41,762 bases of DNA, from assembly GCA_021399345.1 (NCBI GenBank), contig JAAFKI010000199.1:1-41762 (forward strand), given 5' to 3'. This document shows positions 9,771 through 17,707 of this stretch, piece after piece. Origin of the DNA: Candidatus Heimdallarchaeota archaeon. GTDB lineage: Archaea; Asgardarchaeota; Heimdallarchaeia; Heimdallarchaeales; Heimdallarchaeaceae. The notes beneath the pieces were generated by a model. The model saw only the letters and a list, made by a program, of their open reading frames with translations. It was not told where the DNA came from and did not search any database. A program made the translations under genes and the position numbers. Position 1 is the stretch's first letter. Every line of letters begins with the position of its first letter.

Positions 9771-10178
9771 TCATATTCCAAAATCTTCATGCCCTTCTGG
9801 TCGCCCTTCCAAAGAGAAAGCTTGTATTTCTAAAGTATAACCTGTAGGATCAGTATAGAAAGCGTTGTAAATCTTATATTGAGCTGTTTCTTGAGGGTCT
9901 CTCGTTGGTGTAACGTTTTCTTCAATTAAATATTTGTTCCACTCATCAACTTCTTCTTTTGTTTCAACAACTACTGTCAAGCAAACTTGTTCAGGTTTTT
10001 CTATCTCTTTTTCTGTTTTACAGAAACCCCAATAACCATATTTTCCTATTTTAAATACAACACATCCACTTTGCTCTAAAGCTATTGGAAATTTGAGTAT
10101 ATTTTCATAGAAATTTCTAGTTTTTTTCATATCATTTGTTCTTAAGAACAACATAGGATAAGTAGGTTCTTTTGGCAT
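9771..10178 (-). CDS. VOC family protein
   Basis: FYENILKF...FYTDPTGYTLEIQ; clearly paralogous to 32418..32807. Confidence 0.85.
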   Translation of the reverse strand: MPKEPTYPMLFLRTNDMKKTRNFYENILKFPIALEQSGCVVFKIGKYGYWGFCKTEKEIEKPEQVCLTVVVETKEEVDEWNKYLIEENVTPTRDPQETAQYKIYNAFYTDPTGYTLEIQAFSLEGRPEGHEDFGI

Positions 10179-10226
10179 ATCTCAAGAAACTGTAATTTAC
10201 TATTTTAGTATTCGTATAGATAATAA

Positions 10227-10292
10227 TTATATTCCAAGAGCTTTCGCTGCAGTGTCCATTAAAGTTTCTTCAAAAATAGATGTTTCATAAAA
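10227..10292 (-). pseudogene. Orphan 3' end of a Rag-like GTPase gene
   Basis: Minus strand reads FYETSIFEETLMDTAAKALGI*, preceded by an in-frame stop. It aligns with the C-terminus IFETSIFEDSLLKTIEKTLK* of 11457..12041. Confidence 0.65.
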
Positions 10293-10386
10293 TTATTTTG
10301 AACCAATAATCTTGTTTTCTATCATCAGAGAGGGTTAGAGGGGATATTTAGCCAAAAGAAATATAAGTGCATCTAATTTTGGTTTA

Positions 10387-11415
10387 ATGATTGAGATGCA
10401 TAAATACAGGAAAATAACATTACCATTCTTGCTTATATTTCTAATATTATTCCTTAAATCTAATGAAGTATCACATGTAACAAGTGAAACCATGAGTGAA
10501 GTCAATGTATTAACAATACTCCATCCTGAACTTTCCACAACTGATTTTTTTGGAGTTGTTAATTATTTAACTAATTTAGAGTGTCAAATTACATATACAG
10601 GTTTTGTTAGTTCTGTATATTTAAGTGGAAAGAGACTCTACACAGACATTACTGTTTCTGAAGTTGATGTTAACGATTATGATATTTTTTATATAGCTGG
10701 AGGCTGGGCTGCTCAGACAATTTCTGAAGGGGAAAACAGTGCTGAAGCTTTCACTCTTGTTCAAAATGCGTACAATGCAGGTCTTCTAATGACTTCTGTT
10801 TGTGGTGGCGCATATATCTTTGCTGCTGCAGATATCGTCAATGGCACACAAATTACAGGATATGAAGGACTCGAAACAATAGTAGAAGCTGCAGGGGGAA
10901 CATATGTGGATTCAACTGTTGTTATTGATGGCCAATTTATTACAGCTCAATATGGTTACCATAATAATTTAGTGGAGACAATAGCAGATGTATTAGGTTT
11001 TTATGAGGAAACACCACCTTCTTTTGTCAATATAACCATCGAAAAGCTAGAAGATAAACAGTGTAATGTTACAGTAGAAACAATTGATGCTAGCTCAGTA
11101 AACAAAGTTACAATCATGATCTATCAGATATTAGAAGACAACCAGACAACTTTCATCAAAAGTGAATCATTATATAAAACATCAAACGAATATATTTTCT
11201 CGGAAATTATTAGTTTTACATCAGATGGCAACTATTCTCTTGATGTTTCCATTATAGATTGCTATAATAATTATGCTGTTGAAGCAAACATTGCAGAAAT
11301 AGAAATTGTCACTGAAATTAATACAAGTAAAACATACTCTACCCTTGTAATTTCATTAGCTTGTATAATCTGTTTTGCAGGGTTTACAACAATAAGAAGA
11401 AGGAATAATAGATAA
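10387..11415 (+). CDS. Exported, C-terminally anchored DJ-1/PfpI-domain protein
   Basis: Signal-peptide-like N-terminus, YDIFYIAGG, SVCGG nucleophile elbow, VVIDGQFITAQ, a beta-rich domain, then a TM segment and RRRNNR tail. Confidence 0.8.
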   Translation: MIEMHKYRKITLPFLLIFLILFLKSNEVSHVTSETMSEVNVLTILHPELSTTDFFGVVNYLTNLECQITYTGFVSSVYLSGKRLYTDITVSEVDVNDYDIFYIAGGWAAQTISEGENSAEAFTLVQNAYNAGLLMTSVCGGAYIFAAADIVNGTQITGYEGLETIVEAAGGTYVDSTVVIDGQFITAQYGYHNNLVETIADVLGFYEETPPSFVNITIEKLEDKQCNVTVETIDASSVNKVTIMIYQILEDNQTTFIKSESLYKTSNEYIFSEIISFTSDGNYSLDVSIIDCYNNYAVEANIAEIEIVTEINTSKTYSTLVISLACIICFAGFTTIRRRNNR

Positions 11416-11433
11416 AAGATTTAACTTTGTTAA

Positions 11434-11456
11434 CTTTTTTTGTTTTTTCATTTTTT
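11434..11456 (+). terminator. Oligo-T tract, candidate archaeal terminator between convergent genes
   Basis: Three consecutive T-runs directly after the DJ-1 gene stop. Confidence 0.4.
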
Positions 11457-12041
11457 CTATTTCAAAGTTTTTTCTATTGTTTTTAGTAAAGAATCTTCAA
11501 AAATTGAAGTTTCAAATATTTGTACTTCTGAATAATCTTCCAATTCGAAAATTTCAGATATAGTACTAACTGCTTTCGCTCTTACTTCTATTGGAATTAA
11601 ATCCATTTTATGAGCTAAAACAACAGTCTTTCCTTCAGGGCTATATTCATTAAGATTCCCAATAGCTCTTCTAAAATACATCTTTGCTGTTTCGAAATCG
11701 TCATGTTTGGAAGAATCCACTACAAAAAACAGAGCTTTAATCCTTGAGAATATACTCTCACGCAAATCAACAAAAGCTTCTTCTAAGTAGGTTATTTGTC
11801 CACCTACATCGTAAACATTCAGAGAAATGTCTGAAAAATCCACCAATTTTCTTCTTACTCCAACAGTTGCGGGTATTTCTGAAGTTGTTTCAGGAGCTTT
11901 ATTTTCGAAAACAACCTGAATTATCGAAGTTTTGCCTGTTTGAGCTAAACCTAAAAAGAGTAATTTAGAACCAAATTCACCTTTATCTAAATCTTTGATT
12001 AGAACATCTTCATCAGGTATTTCATTCTCAAGATAACTCAT
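11457..12041 (-). CDS. Rag/Gtr-like small GTPase (G domain only)
   Basis: GLAQTGKTS, PATVG, DVGGQ, HKMD and TSIF. HKMD and TSI are typical of the Gtr1/RagA family. Confidence 0.85.
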   Translation of the reverse strand: MSYLENEIPDEDVLIKDLDKGEFGSKLLFLGLAQTGKTSIIQVVFENKAPETTSEIPATVGVRRKLVDFSDISLNVYDVGGQITYLEEAFVDLRESIFSRIKALFFVVDSSKHDDFETAKMYFRRAIGNLNEYSPEGKTVVLAHKMDLIPIEVRAKAVSTISEIFELEDYSEVQIFETSIFEDSLLKTIEKTLK

Positions 12042-12146
12042 AATATAATTTTAACGTAAAGAAGAATAAAAGTGTTGCCTTTTTTCAACATTATATTATC
12101 TACATCAGCTTTTAATAGTAAAAAAAATTCAGTTATTCTGACCAGT

Positions 12147-13400
12147 ATGGATGATAATTCTGATATTAATTTCGAATTATGTGTAATTTGCAAAACTTCC
12201 AGAGGTTTATGCGGGAGGAAATCATGCCCTTTATTACAGAACTGGTCAAAACAATACAGTATTGAGCAGCCCAAAATCCAGAATCTTGATGAAACCTTTT
12301 CTCCCCCTTCCTTCTTTGTTGGATGGACAGGGTATCCTAGAATAAATGCAGGTCCCATGTTAACTGCAAATAGAGTTGCTTCTGATGTCATTGACAACTC
12401 TCGAAATTGGTTGAAGAAGTCTCAAGAAGATATTGTAAAAATGCGTATTTCTCTTATGAGAACTCATGCTAAAATTAATGTCAAGCGACCTCTTGATTCA
12501 GATATTGTTCAAAAAAGTCAAGAATTGCTTTTAGGAAAAAAAGCTATTGATGTAGAAGTTCAACTTGAAAGAAAGATTATCCCTAGAATTAGTCTTGATG
12601 AGAGAATGGCTCCACACGGACCTATAGTTCCTATAAAAACATTAGACATAACAGAAAATCAATCTCCGATTAATGCTATTGAAAAGAGCTATTATGATAC
12701 AGATCTATTAGCTACAGATGCTGTCACCTATATGGGGAAAGAGAAATTAGATGAAACTACTATTACCAGAGTCTTTTCAGCTGGTATGATAGGACGAAAG
12801 GATAATCGCAAACTTGTTCCAACCAGATGGAGTATAACAGCTGTAGATGATATTCTTTCAAAACAAAATGTAGAGAAGGTAAAACTTCTTCAAGAATTAG
12901 GAGAATTTAGGGTTTTTACCTACAACTTCTTTGGAAATAGATTTGTTATTATTCTAATTCCAGATGTTTGGTCTTATGAGATGATAGAAACTTGGTTCAG
13001 AGGAGCTTTCATGAATCCTAGTGATAAAGATATAGCAGTCGAAGATTGGGAAGGGTATAATGGTCGTACAGATTATGCCTCAAACATCACTGGGGCTTAC
13101 TATGCTGCAAGATTAGGTGTAACTGAATATTTACTTAAGATCAAGAGACAATCTCAAGCAATCGTTTTAAGAGAAATTTCTGACGAATACAGATTCCCAC
13201 TAGGGGTTTGGGTTATCAGATTAGCTGTAAGAGAAGCAATGAAAAGAAAATACAAGGTTTTTGATAGTATAGATTCAGCTTTTGAAGTTGCAGAGAAAAT
13301 GTTCGATTATCCTCTCAAGCATTGGAAATATAGATCTAAACTCTATGATTTAAACAAAAGACAAACAAAATTAGATACTTATCTACAGGAGCTCAGATGA
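12147..13400 (+). CDS. nreA: Archaeal DNA repair protein Nre (NreA) with C-terminal PIP box
   Basis: CVICK...LCGRKSCP Cys cluster, SPPSFFVG..GYP, RKLVPTRWSITAVDD, GAYYAARL and terminal QTKLDTY PIP motif. ATG 12147 is preferred over GTG 12072. Confidence 0.9.
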   Translation: MDDNSDINFELCVICKTSRGLCGRKSCPLLQNWSKQYSIEQPKIQNLDETFSPPSFFVGWTGYPRINAGPMLTANRVASDVIDNSRNWLKKSQEDIVKMRISLMRTHAKINVKRPLDSDIVQKSQELLLGKKAIDVEVQLERKIIPRISLDERMAPHGPIVPIKTLDITENQSPINAIEKSYYDTDLLATDAVTYMGKEKLDETTITRVFSAGMIGRKDNRKLVPTRWSITAVDDILSKQNVEKVKLLQELGEFRVFTYNFFGNRFVIILIPDVWSYEMIETWFRGAFMNPSDKDIAVEDWEGYNGRTDYASNITGAYYAARLGVTEYLLKIKRQSQAIVLREISDEYRFPLGVWVIRLAVREAMKRKYKVFDSIDSAFEVAEKMFDYPLKHWKYRSKLYDLNKRQTKLDTYLQELR

Positions 13401-13570
13401 TTAGGGATGGTGAATTAGCGGAACCTTTGATGAATGTCTCAATTGGAGGAAACATCTTTGAGATGTTAATGAATATTGAAGGAATGACTAAAGATCTAGA
13501 ATTATCAAACGGTTATATGCTAACACCAAAAATCAAAACAAGTGGTATAAACATCTCGACTCAAAAATAA
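13397..13570 (+). pseudogene. C-terminal fragment of a PmbA/TldE (TldD/PmbA family) protein, 57 aa
   Basis: Hand translation gives MIRDGELAEPLMNVSIGGNIFEMLMNIEGMTKDLELSNGYMLTPKIKTSGINISTQK*, matching the family's terminal I.dGe...P...isGn.felL.ni...tP pattern. Its ATG overlaps the nreA stop. Confidence 0.7.
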
Positions 13571-13637
13571 TTCTCTTCTTTTCCATTTTCTTTTTATATT
13601 TAAAAATAAGTGCTAGAATGTCAAATTTGCCCAGCTG

Positions 13638-14870
13638 GTGATTTATATCTCTGATTACAACATACATGAAATATCTCTTAGTGATATACAAAAAGTAGCA
13701 GTTGTAGGAACTCATCTTCACAGATGGCAAGGAGAAGATAATGATTCTATTCCACATGTAATCAGACAACAAGCTATGGTCCAACTCGATCCTTTAAACC
13801 CAGCTGGAAGAAATCACGATATATTTTTTCAGAGCAGAATTAGTAGCTATGATATAAACAAATTTCAGAAGACTGTATACCCTAATAAATTGGTTTTTGA
13901 AGCATATTACCCAAACTTAATGGCTATTTCCAAAGAGCATTTTCCTATATTCTTACCTCAAATGAAGAAGGAATTTTTACACAAATATTATCAGTCGCGA
14001 ATAGAGAAAATTGAAAAATTGCATGTAGGAATTCTTGATGAAGCGGTCAAATTCCTTTCTGAAAATGGTCCATCAAAAGCTGTAGATATTGGAGAAATGG
14101 CAAACATAAAACCAGATTTCTCCTTTTGGAAGACTAGTAATCTAGCAGGCATGGTTCTTGAGATGTTGTGGCTTCTAGGAAAAGCAGTTATTTCTGATAG
14201 AGATGAAAACTGGAGAAAAATTTACAATTTAACTGAGGAATATTTCGACTCAGAAATACTAGAAAAGACAGATTTAACACATGAAGAAATTAGTTATAAG
14301 AAATTTCTTATCAAACAGAAATCTTATCCTTTGATTACTCTAGGCAAGGTTTCAATTTCAAAAACTGGTTCATTACTAATTGGAAAAAGGAAAAGAATCT
14401 CACCAAAATGGTTTAGAACAAATTATTCTGATAAGGCCTCTCACATTTTGAAAACAGAAGGAGAACAATGGGGCGTAGCTGTTCCCCATAATTGGAAAGA
14501 TTTTCTTAAAGAAGACTTAGATGATAATATGAGAGCTATAGCTCCGCTTGATCCTTTAATTTGGGACAGAGATTTAACTCTGAAAGTATTTGATTTTGAT
14601 TATGTTTGGGAAGTTTATAAAATTCCTAAAGATAGAAAGTGGGGGTACTATGTTTACCCATTACTTTTCCAAGGCAAACTCATTGGTAGAACAGAGGTTA
14701 AATTTGATAAAAAAACTTTGAACTTAGAATTCTTTAACTTACAATTAGAGGATAGTTTTGAACCAGATAATAGTACAGAAACTGCCTTTATTAATTTAAC
14801 AGAACGATGGAAAAACATGTTAAAAGCTAAAACAATAACTCCTGATAGAAGTATTAAATTCATGAATTAG
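13638..14870 (+). CDS. ycaQ: YcaQ/AlkZ-family (HTH_42) interstrand-crosslink DNA glycosylase, YcaQ-like
   Basis: VQLDP (Q-x-D) motif, APLDPLIWDR and YVWEVY..PKDRKWGYY. Confidence 0.85.
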   Translation: MIYISDYNIHEISLSDIQKVAVVGTHLHRWQGEDNDSIPHVIRQQAMVQLDPLNPAGRNHDIFFQSRISSYDINKFQKTVYPNKLVFEAYYPNLMAISKEHFPIFLPQMKKEFLHKYYQSRIEKIEKLHVGILDEAVKFLSENGPSKAVDIGEMANIKPDFSFWKTSNLAGMVLEMLWLLGKAVISDRDENWRKIYNLTEEYFDSEILEKTDLTHEEISYKKFLIKQKSYPLITLGKVSISKTGSLLIGKRKRISPKWFRTNYSDKASHILKTEGEQWGVAVPHNWKDFLKEDLDDNMRAIAPLDPLIWDRDLTLKVFDFDYVWEVYKIPKDRKWGYYVYPLLFQGKLIGRTEVKFDKKTLNLEFFNLQLEDSFEPDNSTETAFINLTERWKNMLKAKTITPDRSIKFMN

Positions 14871-14911
14871 AAGCCTTCTACGCTTTATTTCAGAAAAAAG
14901 ATTTTGAATAA

Positions 14912-14929
14912 GCAAAGATTTTATATAAA
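14912..14929 (+). promoter_or_regulatory. BRE/TATA promoter of biotin carboxylase (probably leaderless)
   Basis: Purine-rich gcaaaga followed by TTTTATATAAA (14919-14929), 21-31 nt upstream of ATG 14950. Confidence 0.55.
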
Positions 14930-14949
14930 TGTCAAGAGTTTATAGTTTC

Positions 14950-16452
14950 ATGCTTGGTACAGTGCTTATAGCCAATCGTGGAGAAATAGCTGTTCGAATA
15001 ATTCGAGCATGTCGTTTACTTAACCTCAAAAGCATAGTTATTTTTTCTAAAGAAGATTCTACTTCACTCCATGTAAAAATGGCTAATGAAGCATATAGTC
15101 TTGGCAAGGGTACAGTACAAGAAACTTATCTGAATGTAGAAAAAATAATTGAAATTGCTTTAGTTTCTGGTGCAGATGCAATCCATCCAGGTTACGGTTT
15201 TCTTAGTGAAAATCCAGATTTTGCTGAGAGGGTTGAGAAGGAAGGAATTGTATTTGTGGGACCATCTCCTACAATTCTAAGGAATTTGGGCGACAAAGTT
15301 GAATCAAAGAGAATAGCAAAGGAAATTGGTATTCCAACAATTCCTGGTTCTGATGGTTATGTATCGACACTATCTGAAGCAGAAAAAATTGCTGAAAATA
15401 TAGGATATCCAATTATCATAAAAGCAGCTTTCGGAGGAGGAGGACGAGGGATGGAGATAGTTGAAAATCCAGAAGCTCTTGAAATAAGTTTGTTAGGTTG
15501 TCAAACAATCGCTGATAAATTCTTTGGAAATAATAAAGTGTTTATTGAGAAATATATTTCCTCTCCTAGACATGTTGAAATACAATTTCTAGCTGATAAT
15601 CATCAGAACTCAATTCATATTGGAGATAGAGAATGTTCCATCCAACGTTCTTATCAAAAAATCATTGAAGAAGCTCCATCCTTTCTTTCTGTTCGCAGAA
15701 GAAATAGCTTGGGTGACAAGATTTGCAATCTTTCTGAAAAGATTGAATATAGGAATGCTGGAACTGCAGAATTTCTATGGAAAGATGATAATATTTTCTT
15801 TAATGAAATCAATCCAAGAATTCAAGTTGAACATCCTGTTACTGAGATGATCACAGGAATTGACTTAGTTGTAGAACAGCTTAAGATAGCAAGCAATGAG
15901 GAATTATCTATAAATCAAAGAGATATAAAGTTTAATGGGCATGCTATAGAATTTAGAATCAATGCAGAGGATCCTCTGAAATCATTTTATCCCCAATCAG
16001 GAAGAATTACTGGATTAAACGTCCCTGGAGGAAATGAAGTTCGTTTTGATACCTTTATTTATCCTGAGTATGTTTTTCCAAATAGTTATGATTCTTTAAT
16101 GGGTAAGCTAATTGTCAAAGGCAACAATCGAAATGATGCGATAACTAAATCAAGAATAGCTTTGAACGAACTCTCAATTTCCGGAGTTACAACAAATATC
16201 GCTCTTCATAACGCTATCATTGCATCACCTGAATTTCAGCAGAGAATTATAACAACTGATTTTCTAGAGAAAAATAAAATTACAAAAATCTTGTCACATT
16301 ATGAGAAACTGAAGCTTGCAGCAATATTAAAAACTCAAAGCATCAATAAATCAAAACAGCAATTGTCACCAATCAAATTAGATGAATCAGTTAATGGAAC
16401 TAACAGATGGAGAGAGCAAAGTAAACGTGAACGACAAAAAAATTATCTTTAA
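14950..16452 (+). CDS. accC: Biotin carboxylase subunit of an acyl-CoA carboxylase
   Basis: ANRGEIA, HPGYGFLSEN, GGGGRGM, RECSIQR and EINPRIQVEHPVTE. ORF-track start is 14929; 14950 is preferred from the TATA position. Confidence 0.95.
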   Translation: MLGTVLIANRGEIAVRIIRACRLLNLKSIVIFSKEDSTSLHVKMANEAYSLGKGTVQETYLNVEKIIEIALVSGADAIHPGYGFLSENPDFAERVEKEGIVFVGPSPTILRNLGDKVESKRIAKEIGIPTIPGSDGYVSTLSEAEKIAENIGYPIIIKAAFGGGGRGMEIVENPEALEISLLGCQTIADKFFGNNKVFIEKYISSPRHVEIQFLADNHQNSIHIGDRECSIQRSYQKIIEEAPSFLSVRRRNSLGDKICNLSEKIEYRNAGTAEFLWKDDNIFFNEINPRIQVEHPVTEMITGIDLVVEQLKIASNEELSINQRDIKFNGHAIEFRINAEDPLKSFYPQSGRITGLNVPGGNEVRFDTFIYPEYVFPNSYDSLMGKLIVKGNNRNDAITKSRIALNELSISGVTTNIALHNAIIASPEFQQRIITTDFLEKNKITKILSHYEKLKLAAILKTQSINKSKQQLSPIKLDESVNGTNRWREQSKRERQKNYL

Positions 16453-16467
16453 ACTGGAGTTTTTATT

Positions 16468-16953
16468 TTGAAAAAGCGAGTGACTTATCGAAATCACGAA
16501 TATATTTTTGAAATCCTCCCAAATGGGGATTTAAGTATAGATGGAGAAATTTTCTCCACATCGGTTGATCAAGAGATTAATTCTGTTTACAAAGTCACCG
16601 TGAATGATCACACATTTACAGTAGAAGTTTCTTCTAAAGATTTTACAATAGATGGTGAAAATGTTGATATCTCAATTAAACCATTCATTCCAAAACGAGT
16701 CATTAACAATGGTTCTCAGAAGAAGAAAAAAATTAACCTTAAAGCACCAATTCCAGGTAAAATAGCGCAAATACTAGTAAAGGAAGGAGATACTGTGGAT
16801 AAAAATCAAGAACTTATGATTTTAGAAGCAATGAAAATGCGAAATCGGATTTTCTCTCCAGATAAGGGAATAGTGAAAAAGATTTGTGTTGAGGAAAATA
16901 CCCTTGTTGAACAAGATCAGAAGCTTCTGGAGTTTGAGATTTCGCCTAATTAA
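16468..16953 (+). CDS. accB: Biotin carboxyl carrier protein
   Basis: APIPGKI and EAMKM biotinylation motif. GGAG SD precedes the TTG start. Confidence 0.93.
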   Translation: MKKRVTYRNHEYIFEILPNGDLSIDGEIFSTSVDQEINSVYKVTVNDHTFTVEVSSKDFTIDGENVDISIKPFIPKRVINNGSQKKKKINLKAPIPGKIAQILVKEGDTVDKNQELMILEAMKMRNRIFSPDKGIVKKICVEENTLVEQDQKLLEFEISPN

Positions 16954-17707
16954 CCAAACATTGCTTAAAGAAATCAATTACATAATTTTTCATTTTTTGG
17001 AAATGAACTTTGTCTGAAAAATTGTGATCAGCATTCTCAATAATTTGGAAATCTTTATCCAAATCTACTGGAAGTTTTTTGAACCACTTTTCAATTTCTT
17101 CTACATCTAAAATCTCGTCTTTTGTTCCAGTAATCATTCGTATAGGACAGTTAAGCTGTTCTACTAGTTTATCAGGATTATAATGTGAAGATTGTTTTTC
17201 GAAAAATGATTTCAAATTCACTTTAGGAAAACGCATTTGTTTATCTAATTTCCACATTAGAGACAATCCATCAAATATCTTTAACTTTGGTATTTTTTTG
17301 GTATCATAAACTGGAGATCTTATTGCTAAACATTGTATTCTGTTATCTCTAGCTGCATGACACAAAGCCATAGCACCTCCAAAACTTTCTCCGAGAAGAG
17401 CAATTTTTGTAGGAAGAATTTTTGGATGGTGAACTAGATAAGAAATTATTGTATTGATATTTTCTTGAGAATAATAATATTCAAACAGACCAGTACTATT
17501 TCTAACTCCTGTATAATCAAAGGCATAATAGGCTATTCCAATACAATTTAGTTCCTGAGCAAACCTTTCACCTTCTTTTTCAGGTTCAAGACCAGGCATT
17601 CCATTTAGATGTATAACTAAAGGTACAGGATATTTGCTTTCAGGTAGATAAAGAACTCCGTTGATAGTTTCATTTCGAAAATTTATATCCGTATATTCAA
17701 TTTTCAT
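16946..17707 (-). CDS. Ser alpha/beta hydrolase, candidate thioesterase of the megasynthase
   Basis: GESFG nucleophile, GTKD acid and ADHNF His. The start overlaps the megasynthase stop (ATGA coupling). Confidence 0.8.
   Translation of the reverse strand: MKIEYTDINFRNETINGVLYLPESKYPVPLVIHLNGMPGLEPEKEGERFAQELNCIGIAYYAFDYTGVRNSTGLFEYYYSQENINTIISYLVHHPKILPTKIALLGESFGGAMALCHAARDNRIQCLAIRSPVYDTKKIPKLKIFDGLSLMWKLDKQMRFPKVNLKSFFEKQSSHYNPDKLVEQLNCPIRMITGTKDEILDVEEIEKWFKKLPVDLDKDFQIIENADHNFSDKVHFQKMKNYVIDFFKQCLVN

Noticed and set aside
9355-10178. VOC proteins as methylmalonyl-CoA epimerase serving the carboxylase
   Set aside because: They lack the epimerase-type H-I-G/A-I-A-V metal-binding motifs and lie outside the cluster.
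12038-12397. 119-aa minus-strand ORF abutting the Rag-like GTPase as a possible roadblock partner
   Set aside because: Mostly antisense to the conserved nreA N-terminus, with no roadblock-like pattern.
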